Of a stretch of 59,301 nt of DNA, positions 1 through 10,734 are shown one piece after another. The notes under the pieces are model-generated. The model was given only the letters and a program-made list of their open reading frames with translations, was not told the DNA's origin and searched no databases. Positions within the stretch are counted from its first letter, which is position 1. Each line of letters begins with the position of its first letter. Position numbers and translations under genes: made by a program. Origin of the DNA: an uncultured Gammaproteobacteria bacterium (GTDB taxonomy: Bacteria > Patescibacteriota > Microgenomatia > Woykebacterales > RBG-16-39-9b); the NCBI GenBank assembly GCA_964349395.1, contig CAYGGA010000004.1, forward strand, positions 1-59,301, given 5' to 3'.

Positions 1-7
1 CCGACTA

Positions 8-1087
8 CTAATGATGAGGTATTTTAGAGTTTGCATCTCTTTTTCTCAAAACTAAGCTCACGGTTATCAAAAGCCCAAAAATCCCAGTCGCCACCAAGGC
101 TAAAGCGAACAGTTTACTTTGACTATCCAGCAGCAGTGAGACTGTGCCAAAAATAGCACACACGAAGATGTAAAACAAGGAGATTTGCGGAATGCTGAAA
201 CCTAAATCAAGCAAATGGTGATGCAGGTGGTCCCGATCTCCCCAGACCGGGGATTTCCTACTCAATAGACGTCTGATGATGGCCCAAAAAGCATCCACCA
301 GGGGTACTGTCAATACCAAAAGAGCGGTGGCGAGTTTTCCACCGGCAAGAATGGCTAGTACTGCCAAGAGAAAGCCAGCTAGGGTCGACCCCCCATACCC
401 AGGCATAATTTTTTGGGGGTAAAAACTAAAAAGCAGAAACCCTAAATAGGCTCCCATCACACTGAAAGAAAGTACGGCTACGGGAGTTTGGGTCGGGTCA
501 CTGTTTACGTATTTTAAGGCGACCATACCCATGATAAAGGTTGAGACTACGACGATTCCGGAGAGTTGTCCATCGACACCACTCGACCAGTTTAAAGCAT
601 TCATCACCCAGACAATCCAAACTAGAGCAAAGAGGTCTGCAAATAAAACTAGCTGATGCATCCCAAAAAAGTTGAAGGGTAGAATAATTTGGTCAAAACG
701 TATTTGTCCACCAAAAGGGTTGGTAATCCAAGTAATCCCGATCCCACTAGCTACTACCACTAGGGCAGCTAGAAAATTGGCAATTAGTCGCAAATATGGA
801 TTTAGGTCATATTTGTCATCTAAAACTCCGACTAGAACCAAGATAAGACCACCGATAAAAATTCCCACCAAATGCTGATCTAGAGGAGTAAAGAGCAGAG
901 TGGTTAGAAAAATAGCCAGAAAAGTCGGTATACCCCCGCCTCTGGGGATGGGTTTTTTGTGCAAAATAGCGGGGTGGGATCTTTTAGGGTTATCAACCAA
1001 ACCAAATTTTTTCGCAAGGAGAATAGTTAGGGGTGTTGTTATGACTGCCACTAAAAAACTGCCCAAGACAATGAGTAAGTAGTTCAT
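8..1087 (-). CDS. Undecaprenyl-phosphate GlcNAc-1-phosphate transferase (WecA/TagO/MraY family, GT4)
   Basis: Multi-TM; motifs PRGGG, GVLDDKYDL, NALNWSSGVDG, IMPGYGGS and DRDHLHH are typical of WecA/TagO. Confidence 0.88.
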   Translation of the reverse strand: MNYLLIVLGSFLVAVITTPLTILLAKKFGLVDNPKRSHPAILHKKPIPRGGGIPTFLAIFLTTLLFTPLDQHLVGIFIGGLILVLVGVLDDKYDLNPYLRLIANFLAALVVVASGIGITWITNPFGGQIRFDQIILPFNFFGMHQLVLFADLFALVWIVWVMNALNWSSGVDGQLSGIVVVSTFIMGMVALKYVNSDPTQTPVAVLSFSVMGAYLGFLLFSFYPQKIMPGYGGSTLAGFLLAVLAILAGGKLATALLVLTVPLVDAFWAIIRRLLSRKSPVWGDRDHLHHHLLDLGFSIPQISLFYIFVCAIFGTVSLLLDSQSKLFALALVATGIFGLLITVSLVLRKRDANSKIPHH

Positions 1088-1434
1088 ATTAAAAGCAGCG
1101 TTTTATGAATGGCAATCAAACCAATTAGCGCGGTAGCTAAGGCAGTCCAAATCAAAAGTTTGCTTAAAGCTAAATTACTGGAGGAAAAGAGATTGGCAAG
1201 GTAATGATTAATGATTAGAAAAATCAGGGCGAGAGCGGGGACTACATAGAGAGTCACCGGAGGGGTGAGGCGGTCAAGCCCCCAGGGTCGGGAATACCAC
1301 AGAGGTAGATAGGGAGGGTAATTGGTTTTTGATAAAAGCAGTGTCAAGGTTAAAAAAATAACCATCAGACTTAAAACAAAAAGTAGCAAATTGGCTGGTT
1401 TAAAAAGTCTAATTAAGTCTGTATACCTGCGCAT
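1084..1434 (-). CDS. Small 3-TM membrane protein (PLWYSRPWG motif)
   Basis: Three hydrophobic segments; overlaps both neighbours; ATG at 1434 preferred over the longer ORF-track start. Confidence 0.6.
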   Translation of the reverse strand: MRRYTDLIRLFKPANLLLFVLSLMVIFLTLTLLLSKTNYPPYLPLWYSRPWGLDRLTPPVTLYVVPALALIFLIINHYLANLFSSSNLALSKLLIWTALATALIGLIAIHKTLLLI

Positions 1435-2878
1435 CGTCAAATTCTCCTGAAAGTGAGTAATGAGTTTTAATAAAATCATCTAGCTGCAAAAAGGGGTAAG
1501 GTGCTGGTGACTCGGTAATTATAATCCTCGGCGGATGGGCATTCAATTTTTCCATCACGTCTTGGTAACCATTATAGTTATGGACGTGATACGCAGCGGT
1601 GTAACGATGAATATTACTCCTATTGGCTAAGAAGTAAATTTGGGGTTCATTGGCCCAGATAAAAAGACTATCTCTTGGGTCACTCAGTCTCTTAGCCACC
1701 TCTCCTAAGGTGTAATTTCTTGAGACTTTTCTATCAAAACTTTTGTTAAAGTCTTCTTGACTCATTTTTCCAACTAAGTAACTTACCGCATTAGGATAAT
1801 AATTCCATTTAAAGTAAGTTGGCCTAAACCCAAAGAGGGCGACTATAACCAGGCCGACTACAAGGGCAGTGATCGCCAATTTTACCTGCAGTTTTTTGAA
1901 AATAATTCCCGTTAGCAGTAGAGTCACCGGAGGGACAATTTGAATTAGGTAATGAGAGTAATTTCTACCTCCAAATAAACTTCCATAAAGAGAGAAAAAG
2001 AGCCACAAAATCAATGTACTGGTGACCATCTCTTCTTTCTTTAGAGTCCCTTTTCTCCAAGAACGCAAGATATTTCTCAGGAAGAACAGACTAATCAGCC
2101 CCAAGGCGGCAGCTTTTACAAAAAGTAGCCCATTGGGGATATTTAAAAAGCGGTTACCAAAGTCAGTGTAAGAGACATTGCTACTTACAACCGAGAAGTA
2201 AAAACTGTCCCAATGGCCGCGGAGAAAAAAGTAGACCGAAGTAATAGCCAGGGGTAGCGCAAAACCCAACCCCGTGAAAAATAAACGACGACTAATTTTT
2301 TCGACATCGTCGGTTTTTTGATGCAACAAAATAAAGAGCCCAAAAGCAAAAAAGTCAAAGATAGCGGGAGCTTTAAAAAGAACAGCCATTGCAAAACTTA
2401 ACCCTGCCAGAAAATACCTTTTCTTGAAACCATACAGGTACCCTAAACTAGTAAACAGGATAAAAAAGATTTCCCCATTACCAATATTTCCTTCTATCAG
2501 TGGGGTAGCGGTGAGCAAACCAAAAATAGCTGCTGATACTAAACCCGCTTTTTTAGAATCCCAAAGATTTTTTGCTAAAGAAAAGATAATTAGTTCTGTC
2601 ACGAGGACCCAAAGAAGAAGAACAAATCTCAACGCCCAGATGGAGTGACCAAAGATGGTCATGGCAAAAGCGCTAAGAAGATAGATCGCTGGTGGTTTAT
2701 TGTCAAAAGCCTCAGTGTAGAGGGGTAAATCATAAGTTAACGCTTGGCCGACGGCCATGTAAACTCCCTCATCCCCATACCAAAATGGTTCCAAAAGAGA
2801 AGGGATTCTCAAAATTAAAGTAAAAAAGAGAATTAAGATTAAAGGAAGATGTGGTTTGATAGCGTCAGTTTTAATCAA
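1409..2878 (-). CDS. GT-C fold membrane glycosyltransferase (ArnT/PMT_2-like)
   Basis: N-terminal DEGVY and DNKPP motifs, about 11 TM helices, soluble C-terminal tail. Confidence 0.8.
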   Translation of the reverse strand: MIKTDAIKPHLPLILILFFTLILRIPSLLEPFWYGDEGVYMAVGQALTYDLPLYTEAFDNKPPAIYLLSAFAMTIFGHSIWALRFVLLLWVLVTELIIFSLAKNLWDSKKAGLVSAAIFGLLTATPLIEGNIGNGEIFFILFTSLGYLYGFKKRYFLAGLSFAMAVLFKAPAIFDFFAFGLFILLHQKTDDVEKISRRLFFTGLGFALPLAITSVYFFLRGHWDSFYFSVVSSNVSYTDFGNRFLNIPNGLLFVKAAALGLISLFFLRNILRSWRKGTLKKEEMVTSTLILWLFFSLYGSLFGGRNYSHYLIQIVPPVTLLLTGIIFKKLQVKLAITALVVGLVIVALFGFRPTYFKWNYYPNAVSYLVGKMSQEDFNKSFDRKVSRNYTLGEVAKRLSDPRDSLFIWANEPQIYFLANRSNIHRYTAAYHVHNYNGYQDVMEKLNAHPPRIIITESPAPYPFLQLDDFIKTHYSLSGEFDDAQVYRLN

Positions 2879-4371
2879 CTTTGATGATCCTGTTTAGGGG
2901 TGACTTTGTACTCCAGTCTTTTCCCTAACAAAAGTCTAGTATGGGCGTCCATCCCTGGCAAGGCCCCAAATAGAAAAGCCGTGACCGGCATGAGTAAGTA
3001 TTGGGCGATTGTGAGTGGCAGCATTCTTTTTTTGAAAGTAACGGGCCGGGGTGGCTTGAGAAGATAATCAACTACAATGATTGATAAAATAAAGACTGTA
3101 CTGATCGTCAGAATAAACCCAGACACTTTAGGCAAATTTTGGCCATAGACGGTATATCTGAAAGCTGGGTTGATAAGTAGGGGCAAAGTGGCTCCGAGAG
3201 TAATAATCCACCAGTTTACTGGCCAAAGAATGTGTTGTTCCAGCACTCTTAAAAATCTAAACAAAAAATTGGTTTTAGAAATCTCTTTTCTTTGTTTGAG
3301 GAACTGTTTAAAAGCGTAAGCAATGTCAGTTACTCCCCAAGCCCATCTACGGTTTTGAGAATACTGAGTCATAAGTGACTGCATGTAAGTTGGGCCTTCA
3401 GCCGCGTCGGCAAAAAGAGGCAAAAAGACGGAGTCGACCTCCACCTCTCCTTTCGAGACAAAGAAACATTTAAAAAAGAGGTGCCAATCTTCAGCGATAA
3501 CGTCTGTGTCCCAAAAACCAGCTTTCTCTACTAGTTTCCAACTGGTGGAGTAGGTGGAATAGTTGAAGTTACTTTTTGGTCTCATCAAATCAGCTACTTG
3601 CTGGATAGAGTAAATAGTGTGAATGACTCGCACCGGCATGGGTACCCGCCAGATATTATTGTAAAAAAGCAGTGCTGCCTGCCAAAAGCGTTGATAAGGA
3701 TGGGCGGAAGTCAAAAATTGATAGCTTAGATTAGAAAAATACTTCGGGTGGATGGCAACATCGGCGTCACAAGAAGTCACCAAAAGATTATCAGTATCAA
3801 TTGTCGTTTCTTTGAGTTTTTCTTGGAGGATGTGAGCACTGAAGGCTAAATTGGAAGATTTACCCGCGACTTCGCCTTCGACCAATGTGTGCTGGGTAAT
3901 CCAAATATTAGCAAAAAAGTGGCCGTATTCTTTTTTAAGTTCCGCTGATTTAGTCAAAAATTCTTCTTCTCGTGCCTCTCCCGCCAGACAGATAGAAATA
4001 TTTTTCGTGGGCATCTCTTGAGCACTTAAAAAAGTGAAGGTTCTTTTCAGAATCGTCATTGGTTCTTTGTAAGTGGGGATAATAATAAGGTGGTGAGTCT
4101 TTTCCATCGGCAGATTTTCGGCTACCCCTTTGTCCCACCACCCGATCTTCGAAGTTTTTTGGATTTTGCGGTAAGCGCGGACTGAATTTACCCCCAAATG
4201 GGCGGCGCGGTAGAAAAAATACAGGTCAAAAATAATGATGAAATTAGCTACGGCAATCGGCCATAAAAAAGAGGCCCACAGAGGTAGTGTCAAAAGCGTC
4301 CAGGAGGCTAAGGCGGGAGTGATTTCCAAAAGGCGGGTAAATTGTCGATCGTATTTTTCAAAAAAGTTCAT
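2875..4371 (-). CDS. Membrane-bound GT2 family glycosyltransferase
   Basis: IPTYKEP, GKSSNL, CDADV (DxD), AEDW and QxRRWAWG motifs of processive GT2; flanking TM segments. Confidence 0.85.
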   Translation of the reverse strand: MNFFEKYDRQFTRLLEITPALASWTLLTLPLWASFLWPIAVANFIIIFDLYFFYRAAHLGVNSVRAYRKIQKTSKIGWWDKGVAENLPMEKTHHLIIIPTYKEPMTILKRTFTFLSAQEMPTKNISICLAGEAREEEFLTKSAELKKEYGHFFANIWITQHTLVEGEVAGKSSNLAFSAHILQEKLKETTIDTDNLLVTSCDADVAIHPKYFSNLSYQFLTSAHPYQRFWQAALLFYNNIWRVPMPVRVIHTIYSIQQVADLMRPKSNFNYSTYSTSWKLVEKAGFWDTDVIAEDWHLFFKCFFVSKGEVEVDSVFLPLFADAAEGPTYMQSLMTQYSQNRRWAWGVTDIAYAFKQFLKQRKEISKTNFLFRFLRVLEQHILWPVNWWIITLGATLPLLINPAFRYTVYGQNLPKVSGFILTISTVFILSIIVVDYLLKPPRPVTFKKRMLPLTIAQYLLMPVTAFLFGALPGMDAHTRLLLGKRLEYKVTPKQDHQS

Positions 4372-5147
4372 AGATTAAAAATATTTTTGGCATTTTGAGT
4401 GGTAATTTGGGCAATTTCAGATTGGGTTGTATTTTTTAAATCAGCCAGTAGTTCTGCCACAATTCTAACATTTACAGGTTCATTTCTCAAACCTCTCTTT
4501 GGGTGGGGAGACAGAAATGGACAATCAGTTTCTAGCAAAAGCCTATCTTGTGGAATCAATTTAGCCGACTCTTGGACAAAGAGAGCATTTTTAAAAGTAA
4601 CAATGCCATTAAAAGCAAAGTAAAAGTCAGTTTCTTTTAAGGCTTCTCTGGTGATATCTTCATTGTAAGTCCAGCTGTGAAAAACACCCTTTTTTAGACC
4701 AGAGTCTTTGACTATTTCTAGTGTTTCTGGCCAAGCTTCCCGGGAATGTACTATCAATGGCAGGTCTTCTTTCTTGGCAATGTCTACTTGTTTTTCAAAA
4801 AGTTCTATTTGTCTTTTTCTTTCTTCTTTATTTTCTTGTCTATAAAAGTCCAAACCACACTCCCCCACTGCCACTACTGGGTGTTGTTCAACTAACTTTT
4901 TTAACTCTGTCACCTCTTTTTCAATGTTTATGTCTGGAGAATCGGTGGGGTGAATACCAGCAGTAGCAAAAATAAAATTATATTTTTCGGCCAGCTCAAT
5001 ACTAGTTTTGCTAGTAGGCAAGTCAGTCCCCACATTGATTATTGTGGTTACCCCTTCTGCCAGGGAGGTTTTAATAACCTCTTCCAGGTCTTTTTCAAAG
5101 GCCGGAAAATTTAGATGTGCATGAGTATCAACCAGTTCCATAATCAA
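4368..5147 (-). CDS. tatD: TatD family hydrolase
   Basis: DTHAHL, GIHP, GECGLD, HSR and ETDCPFL motifs. Confidence 0.95.
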   Translation of the reverse strand: MIMELVDTHAHLNFPAFEKDLEEVIKTSLAEGVTTIINVGTDLPTSKTSIELAEKYNFIFATAGIHPTDSPDINIEKEVTELKKLVEQHPVVAVGECGLDFYRQENKEERKRQIELFEKQVDIAKKEDLPLIVHSREAWPETLEIVKDSGLKKGVFHSWTYNEDITREALKETDFYFAFNGIVTFKNALFVQESAKLIPQDRLLLETDCPFLSPHPKRGLRNEPVNVRIVAELLADLKNTTQSEIAQITTQNAKNIFNL

Positions 5148-6532
5148 TTTATTCTGGGGAAAAGAGGAATAGTGCTTTTGATCTCGGGTGCGGAATAAAT
5201 CTCAGTAATTTTCTCAGAAGTTTCTGGGAGAAACGGCTTGAGATTAAAAGCGATTTGCAGAATGCCATTTACTAAAATAGAGTAAATCTCTTCTTGATTG
5301 GTAGTTCCTTCCCAAGGTTTTTTATCTTGTAGATAGTTATCAAGTCTACTGATCTCTCTTTGGATTAAAGCCAAACCTTCATTAAATTCCAACTTCTCCA
5401 AATGACTAACCAACTCTGGATAGAATTCTACTTCCTCAATTTTTAAAAACTTAGTTTGAATATTATTGTTTTCACATAGCTTAGCCACTCTGGAGACAAG
5501 ATTGCCTAACCCATTGGCCAAATCAGAATTGTAGACTTCTTGTAGTCTATGGAAAGAAAAATCGCCATCATTACCAAAAGGAATCTCTTTTAAAAGATAA
5601 TACCTAAGTGTGTCATTACCATATTTGTTAGCTAGTTCCACAGGGTCAATGCTATTTCCCAATGATTTAGAAATTTTGACATTATCAATGGTAAAAAATC
5701 CATGGCCAAAGACTTTTTTAGGTAGCAGGTAACCTGCAGAGAGCAACATAGCTGGCCAAATCACGGTATGGAATCTCAAAATATCCTTGCCGACAATGTG
5801 TAAATCAGTTGGCCAGAACTCTTTTGGTGCTCCAGAAATATAATTGATCAAAGCATCAAACCAGACATAAATCACTTGACCACTATCATTGGGAGCAGGA
5901 ATTCCCCACCTGACACTTTCTCTGGTAATAGAGATATCCGTCAACCCACTTTTGACAAAATTCACAATCTCGTGCTTACGGTGCTCAGGTGAAATAAAAT
6001 CTGGATTGTCTTCAAAATATTTTAAAAGTTTTTCTTGATAGCCAGATAGTTTAAAAAAGTAATTCTCTTCTACAATCTTTTCTGGTTTAGTCTTGTGGTC
6101 TGGACAGAAACCATCTACTAGGTCTGACTCGGTCAAAAAAGCCTCATGACCAGTACAGTACAAGCCCTCGTACTTTCCTTTGTAGATATCACCGGACTGC
6201 AAAACTTTATTATAGAAATCAGTAACTACTTTTTTATGTTCTTCACTAGTAGTCCTTATAAAATTATCATTAGAAATATTTAGTTTTTTCCAGGTTTCTT
6301 GCCAGACTGCAGCCTGAGAATTGGCATAGTCTTCTACCGATTGGTTGGCTTTCTGCGCTGCTTGGACGGTTTTTTGAGAATTCTCATCAGTACCAGTGAG
6401 GAAAAAAGTTTTGCTGCCTTGTTGGCGGTGGAAACGAGCCAAGACATCGGCAGCAATAGTCGAGTACGCATGCCCAACATGCGGCTTGTCATTTATGTAA
6501 TATATAGGAGTTGTAACGTAGTATTTTTCCAT
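5144..6532 (-). CDS. metG: Methionine--tRNA ligase (short form, no C-terminal dimerisation domain)
   Basis: TTPIYY, HVGH (HIGH), YVWFDALINY, KISKSLGN (KMSKS). Confidence 0.96.
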   Translation of the reverse strand: MEKYYVTTPIYYINDKPHVGHAYSTIAADVLARFHRQQGSKTFFLTGTDENSQKTVQAAQKANQSVEDYANSQAAVWQETWKKLNISNDNFIRTTSEEHKKVVTDFYNKVLQSGDIYKGKYEGLYCTGHEAFLTESDLVDGFCPDHKTKPEKIVEENYFFKLSGYQEKLLKYFEDNPDFISPEHRKHEIVNFVKSGLTDISITRESVRWGIPAPNDSGQVIYVWFDALINYISGAPKEFWPTDLHIVGKDILRFHTVIWPAMLLSAGYLLPKKVFGHGFFTIDNVKISKSLGNSIDPVELANKYGNDTLRYYLLKEIPFGNDGDFSFHRLQEVYNSDLANGLGNLVSRVAKLCENNNIQTKFLKIEEVEFYPELVSHLEKLEFNEGLALIQREISRLDNYLQDKKPWEGTTNQEEIYSILVNGILQIAFNLKPFLPETSEKITEIYSAPEIKSTIPLFPRIN

Positions 6533-6931
6533 TTAAATCAACCTTGAGAAATATATCTCCAGCAGAGAGAAAATCAGGACTACAAAGAGAGTATTGACCA
6601 GACCTCCTTGACCTAACACATTCAGAAGTAAGATCCCGGTGACACTGGCTCCTACAAATATACCTCTTCGGAGGCTAGCAATCAGTACTGGTTTCCACAA
6701 GAAATTTTTAGTCATTCCTTGATGCCTCATTCTCCTGATAATTAGATGGGGGGAGTATAGCACCAGAGTGATCAACGTAGCAATGGAGAGGAGCAAGGTG
6801 ATTAGAAAAATTTCAATTATAAACAGGTTGGGTGAGTCATTCTGAACTGGGGAAATAAAAAAGTAGAGGTAGACTGCGGTGCAGCTACTTAGAAAGAAAA
6901 TTAGATCTATAAAGATGAGCAGTCTTTTCAC
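6533..6931 (-). CDS. Hypothetical 4-TM membrane protein
   Basis: Four hydrophobic helices; abuts the metG start; TATACT 6 nt upstream of GTG. Confidence 0.65.
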   Translation of the reverse strand: MKRLLIFIDLIFFLSSCTAVYLYFFISPVQNDSPNLFIIEIFLITLLLSIATLITLVLYSPHLIIRRMRHQGMTKNFLWKPVLIASLRRGIFVGASVTGILLLNVLGQGGLVNTLFVVLIFSLLEIYFSRLI

Positions 6932-6971
6932 ACCTTAAGTATACAATAGCCAGGGAAAGGGGCCCGACCCC

Positions 6972-9158
6972 CTAGCCCACCACTTCAAAGCTACTGCCAG
7001 TCGTATTTTTAGTGACTACAATTTGATTTGGGAATGCTTCTTTAAGTTCTTCCACATGAGTGACTACCAGAACTTTGGCATAATCATTTTTGATGGCATT
7101 GATAGCCTCAATCATCCGATCTCGACCTTCCGTGTCTTGAGTCCCAAACCCTTCATCAATGACTAAAAATTGCAGTTTTGCACCCGCCCTGTGAGTGAGT
7201 AATTTTGATAAAGCTAGTCTGATTGCAAAATTGACTCTAAACGCTTCTCCGCCTGAGTAGAGCTCATAAGGCCTACTGCCACTCTCATCTGAAATCACAA
7301 TATCCAATGTCTCTATAGTAGTGCCTGATTTTGCTTCTTTTTGGGTGACAAACTCTACTCGCATGCGCCCGTCAGTCAGTTTATCAAGCAGGGCATTAGC
7401 CTCAGCTTCAATCTCAGGAATGGCATTCTCGATAATCATCGCTTGAATACCTTTTTTACCAAAGGCTAAAGAAAGCTCTTCATAATCTTGTTTTTCCAAA
7501 GAAAGCCTATCTCTTTCTTTTATCTTAGTTTGCTTGAGAGTTTCTAACTGAGTGGACCTAGTTACTAGCTCCTTAGCTGCTCCCCTCTCTGATGTTTTCT
7601 CACTTTTTTGGGATCTAATTTGTTGTAAAATATTTTCTTTTTTCTGGTAATCATTTCTTAAATCTAAAAGTTGAGATTTGTATAAATCATAATCTTTTAA
7701 ATCTTCACTTTCTTTCTCAATTGTTTTTCCTCTCGCCACTAGCAGTGCTTCTAAATCTTTTAACCCTTTACTTTCTGTTTCAATCTTACCTTTGGCTTCT
7801 GATAGCTTTATCTTTAAAACATCATTTTCCCCTAGCTCCTCAATCTTCTTTTGAATCTCCTCATACTCACTAAACTCTTTTTTAAAAAGATTGATTTTTT
7901 CTTGCAGAGGAGGGATCTGCACTAAGACCCTATTTAGCTTTTTTTTCGCCTCAGTTTTTTCCACCAGGGTGTTTTTATAGTTGTTTCTTTCTTGGGCAAT
8001 CTTGTCACCAAATTCTTTCTGCAGGTGAGCTTGGGAATCTTTTTCCAATTTTTGTCCACAAGTTGGGCAAAGAGCATTATTTTTACCTGTTGTGGCTAAC
8101 TCTTTGGTTAATTTTTCTCCTCTTTCTTTGATTTCTAAAAGCTGACTCTCAATCACCGCTAGATTGCTTTTGTGATCTCCTTCTTCGGTGGTGAGCGCTA
8201 GCAGCTCTTGTTGGAGGGAATTGAGCTCCACTTGCTTTATCTGCCACTCTTTAGCTTTAGTTTTGAGCTCTTCTAAAAGCGAGGCATTTTTTTCAATTAT
8301 TTCTTCTTGGGCCAAAATAGTTTGGAAATCTTTCACCGAAATTTCTTTACTAGCTTTTTGGTTTTTTAAAGACTCAATCTCTTCCTTTAAAGACGCGATC
8401 CTTTCTTGCGCTTTCTCCAAAGTAGACACTTTAGTTCTCAAAAGTTCCCCTTGGGCTTGGATTTCTTTTAGTTTGGCCTCAGCTTCTTTCTCTTGAGCCT
8501 CAATGATTTTTAGCTCACTCTCAATTTGCGACAAAGTTACTTGCCGTTCTTCTTTTTCTCCCAGCTCATTATCTATTTCTACCAAACTATAATTTATTGC
8601 TTCGACATTCATCCCAAGAGCTTTAGCACTCTCTTTTGCCTTTTCTTCCAGGAAGTCGTATTTACTTAGGTTTAAAATCTCAGCTAAGATTCTTTTCCGA
8701 TCAGTTGCCCCTTTGACCGTAAACTCGTCCGCATTGCCTTGTCTCAAAAAAGAAGAATTAGTAAAAGTCTCATATGTCAGATGCAGTGTGTTAATGATTT
8801 TTTCTTGAGTTGATTTGATAGTGCCTTCGGTGAGATTTTTTTCTCCCCCGTAAAAATCCAGCCGGGTGAGCCCACCTCCTTTGAGAGTCCGACTTCTTAA
8901 GACTTTAAAAAGCTGGCCATCTAAGTCAAAACTGAACTCCACTTTCATTTCTTTACTTCCTTGTTTGACCAAACTATCGCTACTGTCACCAGCCCTGGAA
9001 GTACCCCAGACACACCACGTAATCGCATCTAACAAGGAGGATTTACCCGCCCCATTTCTCCCCGAGAGCACGGCGAGGTGGAAAGAGGAGAAATCTAGCG
9101 CCGGAGTATCTTCGCTATAACTAGTAAAATTGTGGAGTTTGAGGGAGACTGGGATCAT
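6972..9158 (-). CDS. sbcC: SbcC/Rad50-like SMC ATPase
   Basis: Walker A GRNGAGKSS, coiled coil with CPTCGQ zinc hook, YSGGE signature, Walker B LVIDEGFG. Confidence 0.93.
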   Translation of the reverse strand: MIPVSLKLHNFTSYSEDTPALDFSSFHLAVLSGRNGAGKSSLLDAITWCVWGTSRAGDSSDSLVKQGSKEMKVEFSFDLDGQLFKVLRSRTLKGGGLTRLDFYGGEKNLTEGTIKSTQEKIINTLHLTYETFTNSSFLRQGNADEFTVKGATDRKRILAEILNLSKYDFLEEKAKESAKALGMNVEAINYSLVEIDNELGEKEERQVTLSQIESELKIIEAQEKEAEAKLKEIQAQGELLRTKVSTLEKAQERIASLKEEIESLKNQKASKEISVKDFQTILAQEEIIEKNASLLEELKTKAKEWQIKQVELNSLQQELLALTTEEGDHKSNLAVIESQLLEIKERGEKLTKELATTGKNNALCPTCGQKLEKDSQAHLQKEFGDKIAQERNNYKNTLVEKTEAKKKLNRVLVQIPPLQEKINLFKKEFSEYEEIQKKIEELGENDVLKIKLSEAKGKIETESKGLKDLEALLVARGKTIEKESEDLKDYDLYKSQLLDLRNDYQKKENILQQIRSQKSEKTSERGAAKELVTRSTQLETLKQTKIKERDRLSLEKQDYEELSLAFGKKGIQAMIIENAIPEIEAEANALLDKLTDGRMRVEFVTQKEAKSGTTIETLDIVISDESGSRPYELYSGGEAFRVNFAIRLALSKLLTHRAGAKLQFLVIDEGFGTQDTEGRDRMIEAINAIKNDYAKVLVVTHVEELKEAFPNQIVVTKNTTGSSFEVVG

Positions 9159-10312
9159 GCTTCTCCCATGAGTTTCTGAGCCAAAGATTGCAAGTGAAGT
9201 AGGCGCTCTTTATTGAAGTTTTTACTCTCCAGATATTTCTGTAAGGCACTAGCGGGGTCAAGCTGTTCCACATTTTCCATACTGGCCACTCTTTTGGCCT
9301 GCAAAATATTACGGTGCACGCCCGCGACGAAAAAAGCATCTTTTAGACTAAGTCTGATTTTTTCCACATCCAGATCAATATTGCCATCTTGGGGTAGATC
9401 CACATTGATTTTAACGACACAGTCTTTAAGATTTTTTTCACTCAGAGCTTTTAAAACATCATCCGTGGGATGATCAGTACTTGCTTTGATATTAAAAGAG
9501 ATAAATCTCCTTGCATCTGTAGAAATAGTTTTATATTTAGTTTTAAATCCTCTACCCACAGGGGTAATATCAACATCAATAAAGACTTTATCTTCTTTTT
9601 CTTCCCCAAAATCGACTCTTTCGATGCTACCGGCATAAATCATTAGAGGTTCATGACTGATAACTTGATGTTGGTGGATATGGCCTAAGGCCACATATTG
9701 AATTTTGGGCGTTTTCCATGGCTCTTTATCCACGACTTGGTCACCACCAAGCATGACTAGCTGCTCAGACCCATATTTCGCCCCCGTCACGCTAGCATGG
9801 ATTACCCCAATGGCCGGTAAAGTCGGATCAATCTCAGAAATTAGTTTTTCTAGTCTTTCTCGGTATCCTTCGTGGTCTTTTCGAGATTGCCATGGAAAGC
9901 CCAAGACTTGGAGCTTGTCACCATTTTTCACTTCCACGGTTTGCAAAGAAAGTTCTCTGATCACGGTGGTGCGGGGAATTTCCATGACGGAATAAATATC
10001 TAAAGAATTAGCTTTACCAGCTGAATTGGGGGTATCGTGATTACCTACCAAAAGCACGGAAGGAATACCATTTTTGGATAATTTGAGGATTCTTTTTGCA
10101 AATTCGCGCTGTTGGGTGGGAGTAGGTTCTCTGGTTTTAAAAGCATCACCAGAGAAAACAAAAAGGTCAGCATTTTCAGCGATTGCATAATCAACGACTT
10201 TGTCATAAGCGCGCAGAAAGTCAGCTAGCCTCGTAGAGAGGCCAGTTTCGGGGTCAATTTTGCCATAATTTTCCACCCCAATATGAATGTCAGAAGTATG
10301 AATTAGTTTCAC
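9155..10312 (-). CDS. sbcD: SbcD/Mre11-like exonuclease
   Basis: SDIHIG, GDAF, GNHD and LGHIH metallophosphoesterase motifs; overlaps sbcC. Confidence 0.93.
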   Translation of the reverse strand: MKLIHTSDIHIGVENYGKIDPETGLSTRLADFLRAYDKVVDYAIAENADLFVFSGDAFKTREPTPTQQREFAKRILKLSKNGIPSVLLVGNHDTPNSAGKANSLDIYSVMEIPRTTVIRELSLQTVEVKNGDKLQVLGFPWQSRKDHEGYRERLEKLISEIDPTLPAIGVIHASVTGAKYGSEQLVMLGGDQVVDKEPWKTPKIQYVALGHIHQHQVISHEPLMIYAGSIERVDFGEEKEDKVFIDVDITPVGRGFKTKYKTISTDARRFISFNIKASTDHPTDDVLKALSEKNLKDCVVKINVDLPQDGNIDLDVEKIRLSLKDAFFVAGVHRNILQAKRVASMENVEQLDPASALQKYLESKNFNKERLLHLQSLAQKLMGEA

Positions 10313-10413
10313 CGTGTAATTATGTTAGTGAAAGTCAGCTTCATTGGCAAGCGTTCAAACTGGTTGTTAGGATAATTGGCCTAAGAGCCTTTCAGCTGCA
10401 AGGGCTTATAGCC

Positions 10414-10442
10414 TTGACATAGGCTTGGAAATATGTTATACT
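10414..10442 (+). promoter_or_regulatory. Near-consensus sigma70 promoter
   Basis: TTGACA-17 nt-TATACT with extended -10 TG. Confidence 0.8.
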
Positions 10443-10470
10443 ATAGGACAGTAAATTTGGGAGGGCAACT

Positions 10471-10656
10471 GTGGCTGACTTTTCCATCCTGACAGGTCCT
10501 GTTATCCGGCGCAAATCCGTGGACACTGTCGCCATCGGCGGCCAGTTGAGGGTACAGGCAAGGACAACCCCGCCCCAGTCCTACATCGCCAACGACGGGA
10601 CCCTCTGCACCAGCCGATCAGAAATGATCGACTACAACAGGGACCTCGGCCGCTAG
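10471..10656 (+). CDS. Small orphan protein (61 aa)
   Basis: GGGAGG SD 6 nt before GTG; downstream of a strong promoter; C/G-ending codons. Confidence 0.6.
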   Translation: MADFSILTGPVIRRKSVDTVAIGGQLRVQARTTPPQSYIANDGTLCTSRSEMIDYNRDLGR

Positions 10657-10734
10657 TTCGACCTCAGCCAAGGAGAGACACTTTGAAGTAACTATTCTTG
10701 AGTCTTTGCTTTCTTAGGTTGGACTAAGAAAAGT

